Positions 36,889 through 47,586 of a stretch of 64,000 nt of DNA are shown here, in pieces; positions within the stretch are counted from its first letter, which is position 1, and each line of letters starts with the position of its first letter. The notes under the pieces are model-generated. The model made no database searches. It was not told where the DNA came from and saw only the letters and a list, made by a program, of their open reading frames with translations. The stretch comes from an uncultured Actinomycetes bacterium (GTDB lineage: Bacteria > Actinomycetota > UBA4738 > JBBDTT01). The stretch spans positions 1,024,001-1,088,000 of the forward strand of contig CAVUMN010000004.1 in NCBI GenBank assembly GCA_963742735.1, given 5' to 3'. The position numbers were made by a program, and so were the translations under genes.

Positions 36889-37179
36889 ATGGACGTTGCA
36901 GGAGTCGTGCTCAACGCGCTGGCGGTGGCCCTCGTGGGGCTCGCGGCGTGGGGAGCGAAGAGCAAGTTCGAGGGTCTCGAGGCCCGGTTCGACGCAGTTG
37001 ACGGCCGGTTCGACGCGGTTGACGCCAGGTTCGACCGGCTGGATGGGCGTACCGATCGCCTGGAGGGTCGTTTCGACAGCCGGATCGACGTGTTGCAGTC
37101 GTCGGTGGATGCGATGCGGTCGGACATCACCCAGGTTGCACTCGCGGTCGGGGTTCGGCCCCGAGCCGAGAACGGCTAG
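36889..37179 (+). CDS. Small TM plus heptad-repeat coiled-coil protein
   Basis: N-terminal TM, repeats RFDAVDG/RFDAVDA/RFDRLDG/RTDRLEG; RBS GGAGG. Confidence 0.75.
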   Translation: MDVAGVVLNALAVALVGLAAWGAKSKFEGLEARFDAVDGRFDAVDARFDRLDGRTDRLEGRFDSRIDVLQSSVDAMRSDITQVALAVGVRPRAENG

Positions 37180-37544
37180 TCCAGGCAGCGAACCCAGACG
37201 GCGACGTTGGGTCCGGGCTGCTCACCCCTCGGGTCCACGGCGATCCACCCGAGTTCGACGATCTGGCTCCGGTCGCCGGAGAAGCAGTCCACCCCCGGAA
37301 GGTCGGGCGTGATCGGGAAGCCACAGCCGCCGCCTCCCTCGGACCCGCAGTCCCACGGCGACTCGCCCTCCGGACGGAGGACGTAGATGGCGTCGACGTC
37401 GCCGTTCACCATCGCGTCACCCGAGATCACGTTGACCGGAAAGGGCCCCCTCCACAGCGCCCGGTCCGCCGCGATCCCGATCAGGACGCCCACCACCAGG
37501 GTCGCGGCCAGGGAGAAGACGAGGGTTCGGCGAGGGCTCACCAT
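37176..37544 (-). CDS. Membrane-anchored hypothetical protein
   Basis: N-terminal TM, four Cys, C-terminal VWVRCL. Confidence 0.55.
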   Translation of the reverse strand: MVSPRRTLVFSLAATLVVGVLIGIAADRALWRGPFPVNVISGDAMVNGDVDAIYVLRPEGESPWDCGSEGGGGCGFPITPDLPGVDCFSGDRSQIVELGWIAVDPRGEQPGPNVAVWVRCLD

Positions 37545-37614
37545 CCGTGACCATCATCACGGCCCCCGCGCCGGGCGGCAAGGAGGTGTGCTCGCCCGGC
37601 CCTAGACTGCCGCC

Positions 37615-40600
37615 GTGGTCTGTCCCAGCTGCGGCCGGGAGAATCCCGAGGGCAACCGCTTCTGCGGGTCGTGCGGCGCGCCGCTCGATGAGGACGCCGG
37701 CGCCCAGGCTCGCAAGACCGTCACGATCCTCTTCATCGACCTCTCCGGGTTCACCTCGATGTCCGAGCGCCTCGACCCGGAGCGGGTCCGCTCCCTGGTC
37801 GGTCGCTACCTGGAGGAGATGAAGGCCGTGGCCGAGAGCCACGGCGGGACCGTCGAGAAGTTCATCGGCGACGCGGTAATGGCCGTGTTCGGCGTGCCGA
37901 CCACGCACGAGGACGACGCCCTCCGCGCGGTGCGGGCCGCCTGGGACATGCTGGCGGCCCTCGAGCGGATGAACGAGAGCGTCCGGACCGAGCACGGGTT
38001 CGAGCTCACGGCGCACGCGGGGATCAACACCGGCGAGGTCATCGTGGGCGACACCTCGGGCGACCGCTTGGTCACCGGGGACGCCGTGAACGTCGCCGCG
38101 CGGCTGCAGTCGGCGGCCGGCGCCGGAGAGATCCTCATCGGAGATTCGACCTACCAGCTCGTTCGCTCGGCCGTGACGGTCGTCCCGGTGCAGGCGCTCG
38201 ACCTCAAGGGCAAGGCCGAGCCGGTGCCCGCCCATCGCCTCACCGGTGTGGATCCGGCGGCCGCGGCGTTCGAGCGCCGGCTGGACCAGCCGCTCGTCGG
38301 CCGGACGGCCGAGCTCCGGGCGGCCCTGAACGCGTTCGGACGCGCCGCGGAGGCCCGCCGGTGCGAGCTGGTGACGATCGTGGGGCCGCCGGGCCTGGGG
38401 AAGTCGAGGCTCACCGCCGAGGTCCTGCGCCGGATCGGGCCGACGGCGCGGATCCTGGTCGGGCGGTGTCTGCCCTACGGCGAGGGGATCACGTTCTGGC
38501 CGGTGGCCGAGGCCATTCGCCAGGCCGCCGGCATCACCGAGGGCGACACGGCCGAGCAGGCGATCGAGAAGATCGAAGGGCTGGTCGCCGGCGACGACGC
38601 GGAGCTCATCCGCAGCCGGATCGCCGCCGCGATCGGCCTGGGCGGGGAGGGCGGCAGTCTCCAGGAGACGTTCTGGGCCGTCCGCCGGCTGCTGGAGTCC
38701 CTGGCCGCCGAGCGACCCGTGGCCTTCGTCGTCGAGGACGTCCACTGGGCCGAGCCCGCGCTGCTCGACCTGCTGGAGTACCTGGTCGAGTTCACGTCGG
38801 GGGCGGCCGTGTTCGTCCTTGCCACCGCCCGGCCGGAGGTCCGCGAGGCCCGTCCGGACTGGGGACGCGCCGGCGAGACCATCACCCTGCAGCCCCTCGA
38901 CCGCGAGGAGAGCGCGGCGCTCGTCGAGAACCTGCTCGGCTCGGCAGGGATCCCCGAGGCCGTCATCGACCAGGTCGCACACAGCGCGGAGGGCAACCCC
39001 CTGTTCGCCGAGGAGCTGCTGCGCAAGCTGCGCGACGACGGGCTCCTGGTCCGGTCGAACGGGGGGTGGACCCTCCAGGGGGACCTGGGAGAGGTCGCCA
39101 TCCCCGGCACGATCTCGGCGCTCCTCGCCGCGCGCATCGACGGCCTCCCCGAGGGCGAACGCTCGACGGTCCAGCGGGGCTCGGTGGTCGGCCGGGTGTT
39201 CTGGTGGCGGGCCGTGGAGGCCCTCGCGCCGGAGCTCGAGCGGACCGACGTCGGCTCGCACCTGCGAACCCTGGTCCGCAAGGAGGTCATACATCCCGAA
39301 CGCGACCCGTCGGCGTTCGTCGGCGAGGACGCCTTCGCGTTCGGGCACATCCTGGTCCGCGACGCGGCGTACGACTCCACGCCGAAGGGCGTGCGGGCCG
39401 ACCTCCACGAGCTGTTCGCCGGCTGGCTCGAGCACGCCGCCGGCGACCGCGTCCAGGAGTACGAGGAGATCGTTGGCTACCACCTGGCCGAGGCCGCCAG
39501 GTACCGGCGCGAGCTCTCGCCGAACGATCCCCGGGCCGCGGCCGTCGCCGAGCGCGCCGGCGTCCGCCTGCTGGCGGCCGGGCGGCGGGCCGAGGCGATG
39601 GGGGACGGCCGGGGAGCCATCAGCCTCCTGGGCCGCGCCGCCGAGCTGTTACCAGAGGACGACCCGCGCCAGATCGGTGCGCTCATCCTGCTGGGAGACG
39701 CTCGATTCGACACCGGCCTGTTCGCGGAGGCCATCGACGCTCTCGACGAGGCGATGGCGCGGGCGCAGCGGATCGGCAACGGCGTGCTCGAGAACGTCGC
39801 CGCCCTGCGCCGCGTGTACGTCACCGCCCACTTCATCGTGGATCCCGACGAGGCGGCCACCTTTCGACGGGCTCGCGAGGCGGCGGCGAACCTGGAGTCC
39901 CTCGGGGACCGGGAGGCGATGGTCGACGGGCGGGCCTACCTTGGGATCCACGAGTTCGTTCGCGGCAACTCCGCCGCCGCCGTGCGCTCGCTTGGAAGCG
40001 CCATCGCGCTGGCCCGCGAGCTGGGCCGACCAATCCACTTCGCCGGCCGGTGGCTAATGGTCGCCGCCGTGCACGGCGTCACGCCGGTCGACGAGGCTCT
40101 GGAGATCCTTCGCGACCTCGAGCCGGACGCGCCTGTCGGCAGTGGCCTGCAGGAGGCGCTCCTACGGAACCGGGCCATGCTGGAGGTCCGGGCCGGGCGG
40201 TTCGACGAGGCGCGGGAGAGCTTCCGGCAGTCCCGGGAGATCGCCACCGAGCTCGGACGGGCGATCGTGCTGGCCGGCGGCGACCGGAACGCCGCGGACC
40301 TCGAGGAGTCCGCCGGGAACCTCGAGGGGGCCGAGCGACTCCTCCGCCGCGGCATCGCGGCGTACGAGTCCATTCACGACTATGCGCACGGGACGAGCCT
40401 GGCATCCCGGCTCGCGAAGCTGCTGGCGTTGGGCGGCGCCCTCGAGGAGGCGCGGCGGTCTGCCGACCTCGGTCGCTCGTGGCTCACACCGGGGGACGTG
40501 GACGGCGAGGCCGAGTGGCTGCTGGCGGAGACCCGCATCGCGCTGGGACACGGTGACCCCAAGGGGGCGCTGGCGCACATCGACCGGGCTGTCGAGATGC

Positions 40601-40806
40601 TGCGCAGCACGGACTACCTGACGATGACCGCGGAGGCCCTGGTCACTCGGGGGGAGGTCCTCGAGGCGATGGGCCGCACCACGGAGGCCGCGGTCAGCGC
40701 GCGCGAGGGCCTGGAGGTCGCCCGCCGCAAGGGCGACGTCCGGTTCGTTCGCGCCGCCGAGGAGGCGCTTGCCCGCCTGGCGCCCGGCGAACCTACCGAC
40801 CGGTAA
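37615..40806 (+). CDS. Class III adenylate/guanylate cyclase with double zinc ribbon, AAA (STAND) ATPase and TPR-like domains
   Basis: CPSCG...FCGSCG; TILFIDLSGFT, KFIGDAVMAVFG, GDAVNVAARL; Walker A GPPGLGKS; EDVHWA; GNPLF. Confidence 0.93.
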   Translation: MVCPSCGRENPEGNRFCGSCGAPLDEDAGAQARKTVTILFIDLSGFTSMSERLDPERVRSLVGRYLEEMKAVAESHGGTVEKFIGDAVMAVFGVPTTHEDDALRAVRAAWDMLAALERMNESVRTEHGFELTAHAGINTGEVIVGDTSGDRLVTGDAVNVAARLQSAAGAGEILIGDSTYQLVRSAVTVVPVQALDLKGKAEPVPAHRLTGVDPAAAAFERRLDQPLVGRTAELRAALNAFGRAAEARRCELVTIVGPPGLGKSRLTAEVLRRIGPTARILVGRCLPYGEGITFWPVAEAIRQAAGITEGDTAEQAIEKIEGLVAGDDAELIRSRIAAAIGLGGEGGSLQETFWAVRRLLESLAAERPVAFVVEDVHWAEPALLDLLEYLVEFTSGAAVFVLATARPEVREARPDWGRAGETITLQPLDREESAALVENLLGSAGIPEAVIDQVAHSAEGNPLFAEELLRKLRDDGLLVRSNGGWTLQGDLGEVAIPGTISALLAARIDGLPEGERSTVQRGSVVGRVFWWRAVEALAPELERTDVGSHLRTLVRKEVIHPERDPSAFVGEDAFAFGHILVRDAAYDSTPKGVRADLHELFAGWLEHAAGDRVQEYEEIVGYHLAEAARYRRELSPNDPRAAAVAERAGVRLLAAGRRAEAMGDGRGAISLLGRAAELLPEDDPRQIGALILLGDARFDTGLFAEAIDALDEAMARAQRIGNGVLENVAALRRVYVTAHFIVDPDEAATFRRAREAAANLESLGDREAMVDGRAYLGIHEFVRGNSAAAVRSLGSAIALARELGRPIHFAGRWLMVAAVHGVTPVDEALEILRDLEPDAPVGSGLQEALLRNRAMLEVRAGRFDEARESFRQSREIATELGRAIVLAGGDRNAADLEESAGNLEGAERLLRRGIAAYESIHDYAHGTSLASRLAKLLALGGALEEARRSADLGRSWLTPGDVDGEAEWLLAETRIALGHGDPKGALAHIDRAVEMLRSTDYLTMTAEALVTRGEVLEAMGRTTEAAVSAREGLEVARRKGDVRFVRAAEEALARLAPGEPTDR

Positions 40807-40820
40807 ACTTCGCCTGACCT

Positions 40821-41972
40821 ATGGCCTACCGGCATCCGCTGTTTACCGACGACCATGACTCGCTGCGGGCCGTCGTCCGCGAGTGGGTGGAGAGCGAGCT
40901 GCAGCCCCATGCCCTGGACTGGGAGGCCGAGGGCTACTTCCCGGACTGGGTCTTCAAGCGGGCCGGCGAGCTCGGCCTGACGGGCGTCCGCTACCCGGTC
41001 GAGGTCGGCGGCCAGGGCGGGGACTGGGGCCACACCATCGTCGTCTCCGAGGAGCTCGCCCGGATCGGCTCGGCCGGCGTCGGGATGGGCCTCGCCGTCC
41101 AGTCGGACATGGCCTCGCCGCCGATCCTGAAGTTCGGGACGCCGGACCAGATCGAGCGCTACCTGAAGCCCACCCTCCGCGGCGAGAAGATCGTGTGCCT
41201 GGGGATCACCGAGCCCAACGCCGGCTCGGACGTCGCGAACATCGAGACCACCGCGGTGCGCGACGGCGACGAGTGGGTGATCAACGGCTCGAAGACGTTC
41301 ATCACGAACGCCGTTCGCGCCGACTACTGCCTGCTCGTCACCCGGACGAACAAGGCCGCGGGCTACGAGGGGTTCTCCCTGTTCCTGGTGGACACCGACC
41401 TCCCCGGGTGGAACGTCCAGCGTCACCTGGACAAGCTCGGCATGCGGTCCAGCGACACCGGCGAGATCTCGATCCAGGACGTCCGCGTCCCGGCCGGCGC
41501 GTTGCTCGGTGAGGAGGGCAAGGGCTTCTACCAGATCATGTGGGAGCTCCAGGGTGAGCGGCTGATCGGCGCCTCCGGCTCGCTGTCGGGCGCGTCCCTG
41601 GTCCTGGACCGGACCATCGAGTACGCCCTGGAGCGCAAGGCGTTCGGGAAGCCGATCGGGACGTTCCAGGTCAACCGGCACGCCGTCGCCGAGATGGCCA
41701 CCGAGATCGAGGCCGCCCGCCAGCTGACCTACGACGTCGCCGTCCGGTGGGAGCGCGGCGAGTACCCGGTCAAGGAGATCTCGATGGTCAAGCTCTACGC
41801 CGCGCTGGTGGTCGGCCGGGTCATGAACCGATGCATGCAGCTGTTCGGCGGGATGGGCTATGCCGAGGAGCACTTCATCGAGCGGGCGTGGCGCGACGCG
41901 CGGCTGATCCGGATCGGCGGCGGGACCGACGAGGTCATGCGCGAGGTCATCTCCAAGGCGATGGGGCTGTAG
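40821..41972 (+). CDS. Acyl-CoA dehydrogenase
   Basis: ITEPNAGSDV, NGSKTFITN, KLGMRSSDT, RKAFG, QLFGGMGY, IGGGTDE. Confidence 0.95.
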   Translation: MAYRHPLFTDDHDSLRAVVREWVESELQPHALDWEAEGYFPDWVFKRAGELGLTGVRYPVEVGGQGGDWGHTIVVSEELARIGSAGVGMGLAVQSDMASPPILKFGTPDQIERYLKPTLRGEKIVCLGITEPNAGSDVANIETTAVRDGDEWVINGSKTFITNAVRADYCLLVTRTNKAAGYEGFSLFLVDTDLPGWNVQRHLDKLGMRSSDTGEISIQDVRVPAGALLGEEGKGFYQIMWELQGERLIGASGSLSGASLVLDRTIEYALERKAFGKPIGTFQVNRHAVAEMATEIEAARQLTYDVAVRWERGEYPVKEISMVKLYAALVVGRVMNRCMQLFGGMGYAEEHFIERAWRDARLIRIGGGTDEVMREVISKAMGL

Positions 41973-41974
41973 CG

Positions 41975-43174
41975 ATGCCCGGCCTGGAGATCGGGATCGA
42001 GCCGGCGAAGGAGCGCTTCGCCTCGATCCCCAAGTGGGGTCTGTTCACCGAGGACCACGACGAGCTGCGCAAGGGGATCCGGCAGTGGATCGAGGGACGC
42101 CTGGCCCCCCACGCCGACGAGTGGGAGCGCGAGCGCGACTTCCCGTACCGCGATGTCTTCAAGGAGGCCGGCGAGATCGGCCTGTTCGGGGCGAAGTACG
42201 AGGAGGCGTACGGCGGTACGGGCCCGGACCTGATCGCCGACGCGGTGATCACCGAGGAGACCGTGCGCTGCGGCGCGGGCGGCGTGGCGGCCGCGCTCGG
42301 CGCGCACAAGGACCTCGGCCCCTACTACGTCTACCGGTTCGGCAACGAGGAGCAGCGGCAGCGGTGGATCGTCCCCGCCATCGCCGGGGAGCTGATCGGC
42401 GCGCTCGCGGTGACGGAGCCGAACGCCGGCTCGGACGTCTCCGCCCTGGCCACGCGCGCCACGCGGGACGGTTCCGACTGGGTGCTGAACGGCACCAAGA
42501 CGTTCATCACGAACGGCTCGATCGCCGACTACGTGGTGGTCGCGGCGAAGACCGACCCCGACGCGGGACACCAGGGCCTGTCGCTCTTTGTCGTTCCCGG
42601 GGACGCTCCCGGCTTCGCCCGTTCGCGGGTCAACACCGTCGGGTGGCGGACCAGCCACACCGGCGAGCTCCACCTGGACGAGGTGCGCATCCCCGCCGAG
42701 CACCTGCTGGGGGAGGAGGGCCGCGGCTTCTACCACATCATGGGCAATTTCCAGTGGGAGCGGATCGTGATGGCCCTCGCCGCCGTGGCGGCGGCGGACC
42801 TCACCCTGGCGAACGCGATCGCCTATGCGAAGGATCGTCACGCGTTCGGCCGCCCCGTCGCGAAGTTTCAGGTGTGGCGGCATCGATTCGCCGACCTGGC
42901 CACGGACATCGAGGCGGCCCGCAGCCTGACCTACAGCGCGCTGCGCAAGATCGTCGCCGGCGAGGACGCCACGAAGGACGTGTCGATGGCCAAGTGGTAC
43001 TCGACCGAGCTGGACTGGCGCGTGGCCGACGAGGCCCTGCAGGTCCACGGTGGGTACGGCTTCATGATGGAGTTCCCGGTCCAGCGGGCCTGGCGCGACT
43101 CCCGTCTGGGCCCCATCGGCGGCGGGACGACCGAGATCATGAAAGAGGTCATCGGGCGTCTGATGGGTCTGTAG
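41975..43174 (+). CDS. Acyl-CoA dehydrogenase
   Basis: VTEPNAGSDV, NGTKTFITN, RHAFG, QVHGGYGF, IGGGTTE. Confidence 0.95.
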   Translation: MPGLEIGIEPAKERFASIPKWGLFTEDHDELRKGIRQWIEGRLAPHADEWERERDFPYRDVFKEAGEIGLFGAKYEEAYGGTGPDLIADAVITEETVRCGAGGVAAALGAHKDLGPYYVYRFGNEEQRQRWIVPAIAGELIGALAVTEPNAGSDVSALATRATRDGSDWVLNGTKTFITNGSIADYVVVAAKTDPDAGHQGLSLFVVPGDAPGFARSRVNTVGWRTSHTGELHLDEVRIPAEHLLGEEGRGFYHIMGNFQWERIVMALAAVAAADLTLANAIAYAKDRHAFGRPVAKFQVWRHRFADLATDIEAARSLTYSALRKIVAGEDATKDVSMAKWYSTELDWRVADEALQVHGGYGFMMEFPVQRAWRDSRLGPIGGGTTEIMKEVIGRLMGL

Positions 43175-43268
43175 TGACCGGCTCGTCCCCGCCCGCTCCG
43201 TAGCCCCCCGTAGTTACAACGGGCTATTTCCCGCTCGCGCACTTGGCCTGCTCGGGGGTTGCGCCGAT

Positions 43269-45542
43269 ATGCAAATTGTGACCACCGCGGCCCCCTCACG
43301 CCCTCGTCCTGACCATGCCGGCCTGAACCCCCGGCGGCTGGGCGACGCCCTGCTCCGCAGGCGCCCCGGCGAGGAGCGGCCCTGGCCGGTCCGGGCCTCG
43401 CGGGCCTGGGGCGTGGTTCTCATCCTGGCCGGCGGCGTCGTCGTCGCCGAGTCCGTGGCCCTGTCCGGCGGCCCCGACGGCCGGCCGCCCACCCTGCTCG
43501 GGGGCGCGATCGGCCTCATGGCGGGACTGCTGGCCTGGGGACTGGCGAGGCGGCATCCCTCCGACCGGCTGGTGGCCTGGCTCCCGGTCATCGGGCTGTT
43601 CCTGATCATGATCGACAACGTCGCCGACTCGCCCGCCGGGATGTGGACCGACGGCTACCTCCTGGTGTTCGTGTGGACCGGGCTGTGGAACCCGCGCGGC
43701 ACCTCCCTTCGGATCGCGCCGCTGGCCGCGGTCGCGCACCTCGCCCCGCTGTATCTCAACGGCGCGACCGGCAAGCTCGGCACCGTCGCCGGGGCGCTCG
43801 TGATCTGGGTGGTGGTCGGGGAGACGCTGGCCTGGGCCACCTCCCGGTTCCGCGAGACGGAGGGGCAGTACCGCGCCGACCGCGTGCGCTCGGACGCGCA
43901 GCTTCGCCGCCAGGCCCGCGAGCTCGAGGCGCTCCACGAGACCACCCTCGGGCTGCTGGACGAGCTCAATGCCGGCGACATCCTGCAGGGCACCGCCCGG
44001 CGCGCCGGGGCGCTCCTCAACACCGAGCACGCCTACGTCTACGTCGTCATCCCCGGGACCGAGGAGCTGGAGGTCCGCGCCGGCACCGGGGTCTTCGCGC
44101 AGGACGTCGGGTTCCGGCTTCACAAGGGCGACGGCCTGGCCGGCCGGGTGTGGGAGACCGGCGTGGCCCGCGCCGTCGACGACTACGGCCAGTGGTCCGG
44201 CGGACGCAAGGAGTTCGCGCAGCTCGGTCCGGTCATCGCCGCGCCGATGCGCCAGGGCGCGGACATCGTCGGGGTGATCGGCGTGGCGGCAACCCAGCCC
44301 GGACGGTTCACCGACGAGGACGTCGAGCTCGTGGCGCAGTTCGCCCGCATGGCCACCCTGGCCCTCAAGCACGCCCGGCTGCTGGACGCCGCCGAGCGCC
44401 GCCTGCTCGACAGCGTCCGCGCCCAGGCCGCGATCCGCGACTCCGAGCGGCGGTACCGGATGCTGTTCGACAGCAACCCGCACCCGATGTGGGTGTACGA
44501 CCGGGAGACCTACCGGTTCCTGGCCGTGAACGACGCGGCCATCCGGCACTACGGCTATCCGCTCGAGCAGTTCCTGGCCATGACCATCCTGGACATCCGC
44601 CCGCCCGACGAGGCCCCGGCGCTGATGGAGCGACTGGTTCGCCTGGACGAGGACGACGAGGCGCGCACCGCCCAGTGGGTCCATCGCACGCGAGACGGAA
44701 GCCTGATCGACGTCGAGGTGACCGCGCAGGCAATCACCTTCGGCGACCGGCCGGCGCGGATCGTGCTGGCCACCGACATCACCGACCGCAAGCGCGCCGA
44801 CGAGGCGCTGCGCTCTGGCTACGAGCGCGAGCACCAGGCCGCCGAGCGCCTGCGCAAGGTGGACGAGATGAAGAGCCACTTCCTGAGCGCGGTCTCCCAC
44901 GAGCTTCGGACGCCGCTCACCTCGGTCCTCGGCTACTCCGAGACCCTCCGCAAGTGGGGCCCGCAGCTGGCCGAGGCGGATCGCGACCAGATGGCCGAGC
45001 GGCTCTCGGCCAACGCCCGCAAGCTGGACACCCTGCTCGGCGACCTGCTCGACGTGGACCGGATGGCGCGCGGCATCCTGGAGCCCAACCGGAAGAACAC
45101 CGACGTCGGCGGGCTCGTCCGCGGCGTGGTCGAGACCGCCGACTCGCTCGGTTGGCGCCGGGTCCACGTGCAGGCGCCGCCGATGGTCCTGAAGGTGGAC
45201 GCCCCCAAGGTGGAGCGCATCGTGGAGAACCTCCTGGCCAACGCGGTGCGGCACACGCCGGCCGGCACCGAGCTGTGGGTGAAGGCCACCCGCGTCAACG
45301 CCGGGGTCGTCATCGCCGTCGAGGACGCGGGCCCGGGCATCGCGCCGGAGGTCCGGGCGAGGATCTTCGAGCCGTTCGAGCAGGGTCCCGACCGGGTCGA
45401 GCACTCGCCCGGCGTCGGGATCGGCCTCTCGCTGGTTGCCCGGTTCGCCGAGCTGCACCGGGGGCGGGCCTGGGTCGAGGAGCGCCCGGGCGGCGGGGCT
45501 TCGTTCAAGGTGTTCTTGCGGGAGGCCCCGGCCGGCGCCTGA
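43269..45542 (+). CDS. Membrane sensor histidine kinase with GAF and PAS domains
   Basis: TM region, GAF (GDGLAGRVW), PAS (NPHPMWVYD...VNDAA), H-box SHELRTPLT, N-box NLLANA, DAGPGI, GVGIGLS. Start uncertain. Confidence 0.9.
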   Translation: MQIVTTAAPSRPRPDHAGLNPRRLGDALLRRRPGEERPWPVRASRAWGVVLILAGGVVVAESVALSGGPDGRPPTLLGGAIGLMAGLLAWGLARRHPSDRLVAWLPVIGLFLIMIDNVADSPAGMWTDGYLLVFVWTGLWNPRGTSLRIAPLAAVAHLAPLYLNGATGKLGTVAGALVIWVVVGETLAWATSRFRETEGQYRADRVRSDAQLRRQARELEALHETTLGLLDELNAGDILQGTARRAGALLNTEHAYVYVVIPGTEELEVRAGTGVFAQDVGFRLHKGDGLAGRVWETGVARAVDDYGQWSGGRKEFAQLGPVIAAPMRQGADIVGVIGVAATQPGRFTDEDVELVAQFARMATLALKHARLLDAAERRLLDSVRAQAAIRDSERRYRMLFDSNPHPMWVYDRETYRFLAVNDAAIRHYGYPLEQFLAMTILDIRPPDEAPALMERLVRLDEDDEARTAQWVHRTRDGSLIDVEVTAQAITFGDRPARIVLATDITDRKRADEALRSGYEREHQAAERLRKVDEMKSHFLSAVSHELRTPLTSVLGYSETLRKWGPQLAEADRDQMAERLSANARKLDTLLGDLLDVDRMARGILEPNRKNTDVGGLVRGVVETADSLGWRRVHVQAPPMVLKVDAPKVERIVENLLANAVRHTPAGTELWVKATRVNAGVVIAVEDAGPGIAPEVRARIFEPFEQGPDRVEHSPGVGIGLSLVARFAELHRGRAWVEERPGGGASFKVFLREAPAGA

Positions 45543-45549
45543 ATCCCGC

Positions 45550-45945
45550 TCAGCCCTCCGTTCGGTAGCGCGCGAACGCGGCATACCCGATCACGACGGC
45601 GAGGATCCCGTACATCCACGGGTCGGTCGAACGACCGCCCAGGTTCCGATCGATCAGGTGCGAGACGAAGTGCGTGACCGCGGCGGCCGTGGCTCCCCCG
45701 AGGGCCACCAGGAGCCCGTCGCGGAACACCAGCGCCAGCAGCAGGGTCACGCCGAGGCCGATCAAGAACGCGCCGAGGTCGTGGATCAGGTGCTGGTTGT
45801 ACGGGGGGAACTTCGCGAAGTCCGCGAAGGACCGCGGGGCGAGGAACGCCCACAGTCCGAGGGCGGTCGTCGTCACGCCGGCGGCCGCGGCGATGGTCCG
45901 CGCCGCTCGCTGGCCCCGGCTCGCTGCGTGCCTGCCCGCTCCCAT
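45550..45945 (-). CDS. Small membrane protein
   Basis: GLWAFLAPRSF...FPPYNQHLIHDLGAF; 4 TM segments. Confidence 0.7.
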   Translation of the reverse strand: MGAGRHAASRGQRAARTIAAAAGVTTTALGLWAFLAPRSFADFAKFPPYNQHLIHDLGAFLIGLGVTLLLALVFRDGLLVALGGATAAAVTHFVSHLIDRNLGGRSTDPWMYGILAVVIGYAAFARYRTEG

Positions 45946-46059
45946 CGGCTCCCGCACGGTTCCTCCTTGAGGTCGATGACGAGGTGCCCATCTTCCCTCA
46001 GGCGGCGCCCACCCCCCGCCCCATCCCGAGGAACCCCTCGCCTGATAGCTTCTCCGCCG

Positions 46060-47586
46060 ATGAACGTCGCGATACTGGGCGAGCAGAACGTCGAGAAGTT
46101 CGGCGAGTACAGCGTCATTCACTTCGAGGGTCGCGACTACCGCAACACCGAGATGCTGGCCGACGGCCATCGGCTCGGGAACGCACTGCGCGACCTGGGC
46201 GTCGGTCCCGGCGACCGCGTCGCGGTCATGCTCCCCAACGCCCTCGAGGTCTTCCAGTCCTACGTCGCGATCGGCTCGCTCGGCGCCGTGGTGATCCCCG
46301 TGGTGTTCCTGCTCGCCGTCCCCGAGGTCCGCCACATCGTGGACGACGGGAAGCCGAAAGTCCTGATCACCAGCCCCGAGTTCTTCGGCAACGCCGCGCA
46401 GGCCGTCGAGGGGCTCGAGGACGCGCCGGTCATCCTGGTCTCCGGTGGCGACGCGCCGGAGGGCGCGCTCAGCCTCGAGGCCCTGCGCGACGCGGCCTCG
46501 CCCGACCTCGAGGTCGTGGACCGCGCCGACGACGACCTCGCGGTGATCATGTACACCGGCGGGACGACCGGGCGCCCCAAGGGCGTGATGATCACCAACG
46601 CGAACCTGTACTGGAACGCGACCACCCTCGCCGAGACCATCAAGATCGAGGCCGGGGACGTCGGGCTGCTCGCCCTGCCCATGGCGCACCTGTTCGGGAT
46701 GATCTCGGTTATCACCGCGCAGGTCCTCGGGGTCAAGGGCGTCCTGCTGAAGTGGTTCACCGCCGAGGGCGTCCTCCAGGCGATCCAGGACCACAAGGTC
46801 AACTACATGCCGATGGTCCCGACCATGATGACCTATCTGATGTCCGTGGAGAATGTCGAGGACTACGACCTCACCTCGCTCAGCAAGGTGTTCGCCTCCG
46901 CGGCGCCGGTGCCGGTCGAGCTCGCTGAGGCGTTCGGCAAGCGCTTCGACTGCGAGGTCGTCGAGGCGTACGGACAGACCGAGGCCGCGCCGGGCCTGAC
47001 CGTCGAGCGGCCCGGCGGACTGAAGAAGGCCGGGTCTGCCGGCCCGGCGCTGCCGGGGGTCGAGCTCCGCCTCGAGGACGACGACCACCACGAGGTCGAG
47101 ACCGGCCAGCTCGGGGAGATCGTCGCGAGAAGCCCCGGGATCATGCAGGGCTACTACAACCTGCCGGAGGCCACCGAGGACACCCTGCGCCACGGCTGGC
47201 TGCATACCGGCGACATGGGCTACATCGACGAGGACGGCTACCTGTTCGTCACCGAGCGAAAGAAGGACCTCATCATCCGCGGCGGGTTCAACGTCTACCC
47301 CCGCGACATCGAGGAGCTGCTCTATCAGCACGCCTCGGTGGCCGAGGCCGCCGTCGTCGGCAAGCCCGACCCGACCATGGGCGAGGAGGTCGTGGCGTTC
47401 GTCGTCCTGAAGCCGGGCGCGGAGGCTACCGAGGACGAGCTGCTGGCGTTCTGTCGCGAACACCTCGCGAAGTACAAGACGCCCAAGGAGGTCATCTTCA
47501 CCGACGCGCTCCCGAAGAGCCCGATCGGAAAGATCCTCAAGAAGGACCTCCGGGCGCGTTTCGACGCGCAGGCGGAGAACGCCTGA
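46060..47586 (+). CDS. Long-chain fatty acid-CoA ligase (AMP-binding)
   Basis: YTGGTTGRPKG, YGQTE, GWLHTGD, RKKDLIIRGG.NVYP, LPKSPIGKILK. Confidence 0.93.
   Translation: MNVAILGEQNVEKFGEYSVIHFEGRDYRNTEMLADGHRLGNALRDLGVGPGDRVAVMLPNALEVFQSYVAIGSLGAVVIPVVFLLAVPEVRHIVDDGKPKVLITSPEFFGNAAQAVEGLEDAPVILVSGGDAPEGALSLEALRDAASPDLEVVDRADDDLAVIMYTGGTTGRPKGVMITNANLYWNATTLAETIKIEAGDVGLLALPMAHLFGMISVITAQVLGVKGVLLKWFTAEGVLQAIQDHKVNYMPMVPTMMTYLMSVENVEDYDLTSLSKVFASAAPVPVELAEAFGKRFDCEVVEAYGQTEAAPGLTVERPGGLKKAGSAGPALPGVELRLEDDDHHEVETGQLGEIVARSPGIMQGYYNLPEATEDTLRHGWLHTGDMGYIDEDGYLFVTERKKDLIIRGGFNVYPRDIEELLYQHASVAEAAVVGKPDPTMGEEVVAFVVLKPGAEATEDELLAFCREHLAKYKTPKEVIFTDALPKSPIGKILKKDLRARFDAQAENA

Noticed and set aside
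36975-37085. CRISPR array
   Set aside because: The 21-nt repeats are in-frame coding heptads without unique spacers, and there are no cas genes.
43243-43270. Sigma28/WhiG promoter (GCCGATAT) before the histidine kinase
   Set aside because: There is no matching -35 (TAAA) at the expected spacing, and the element overlaps the putative start codon.
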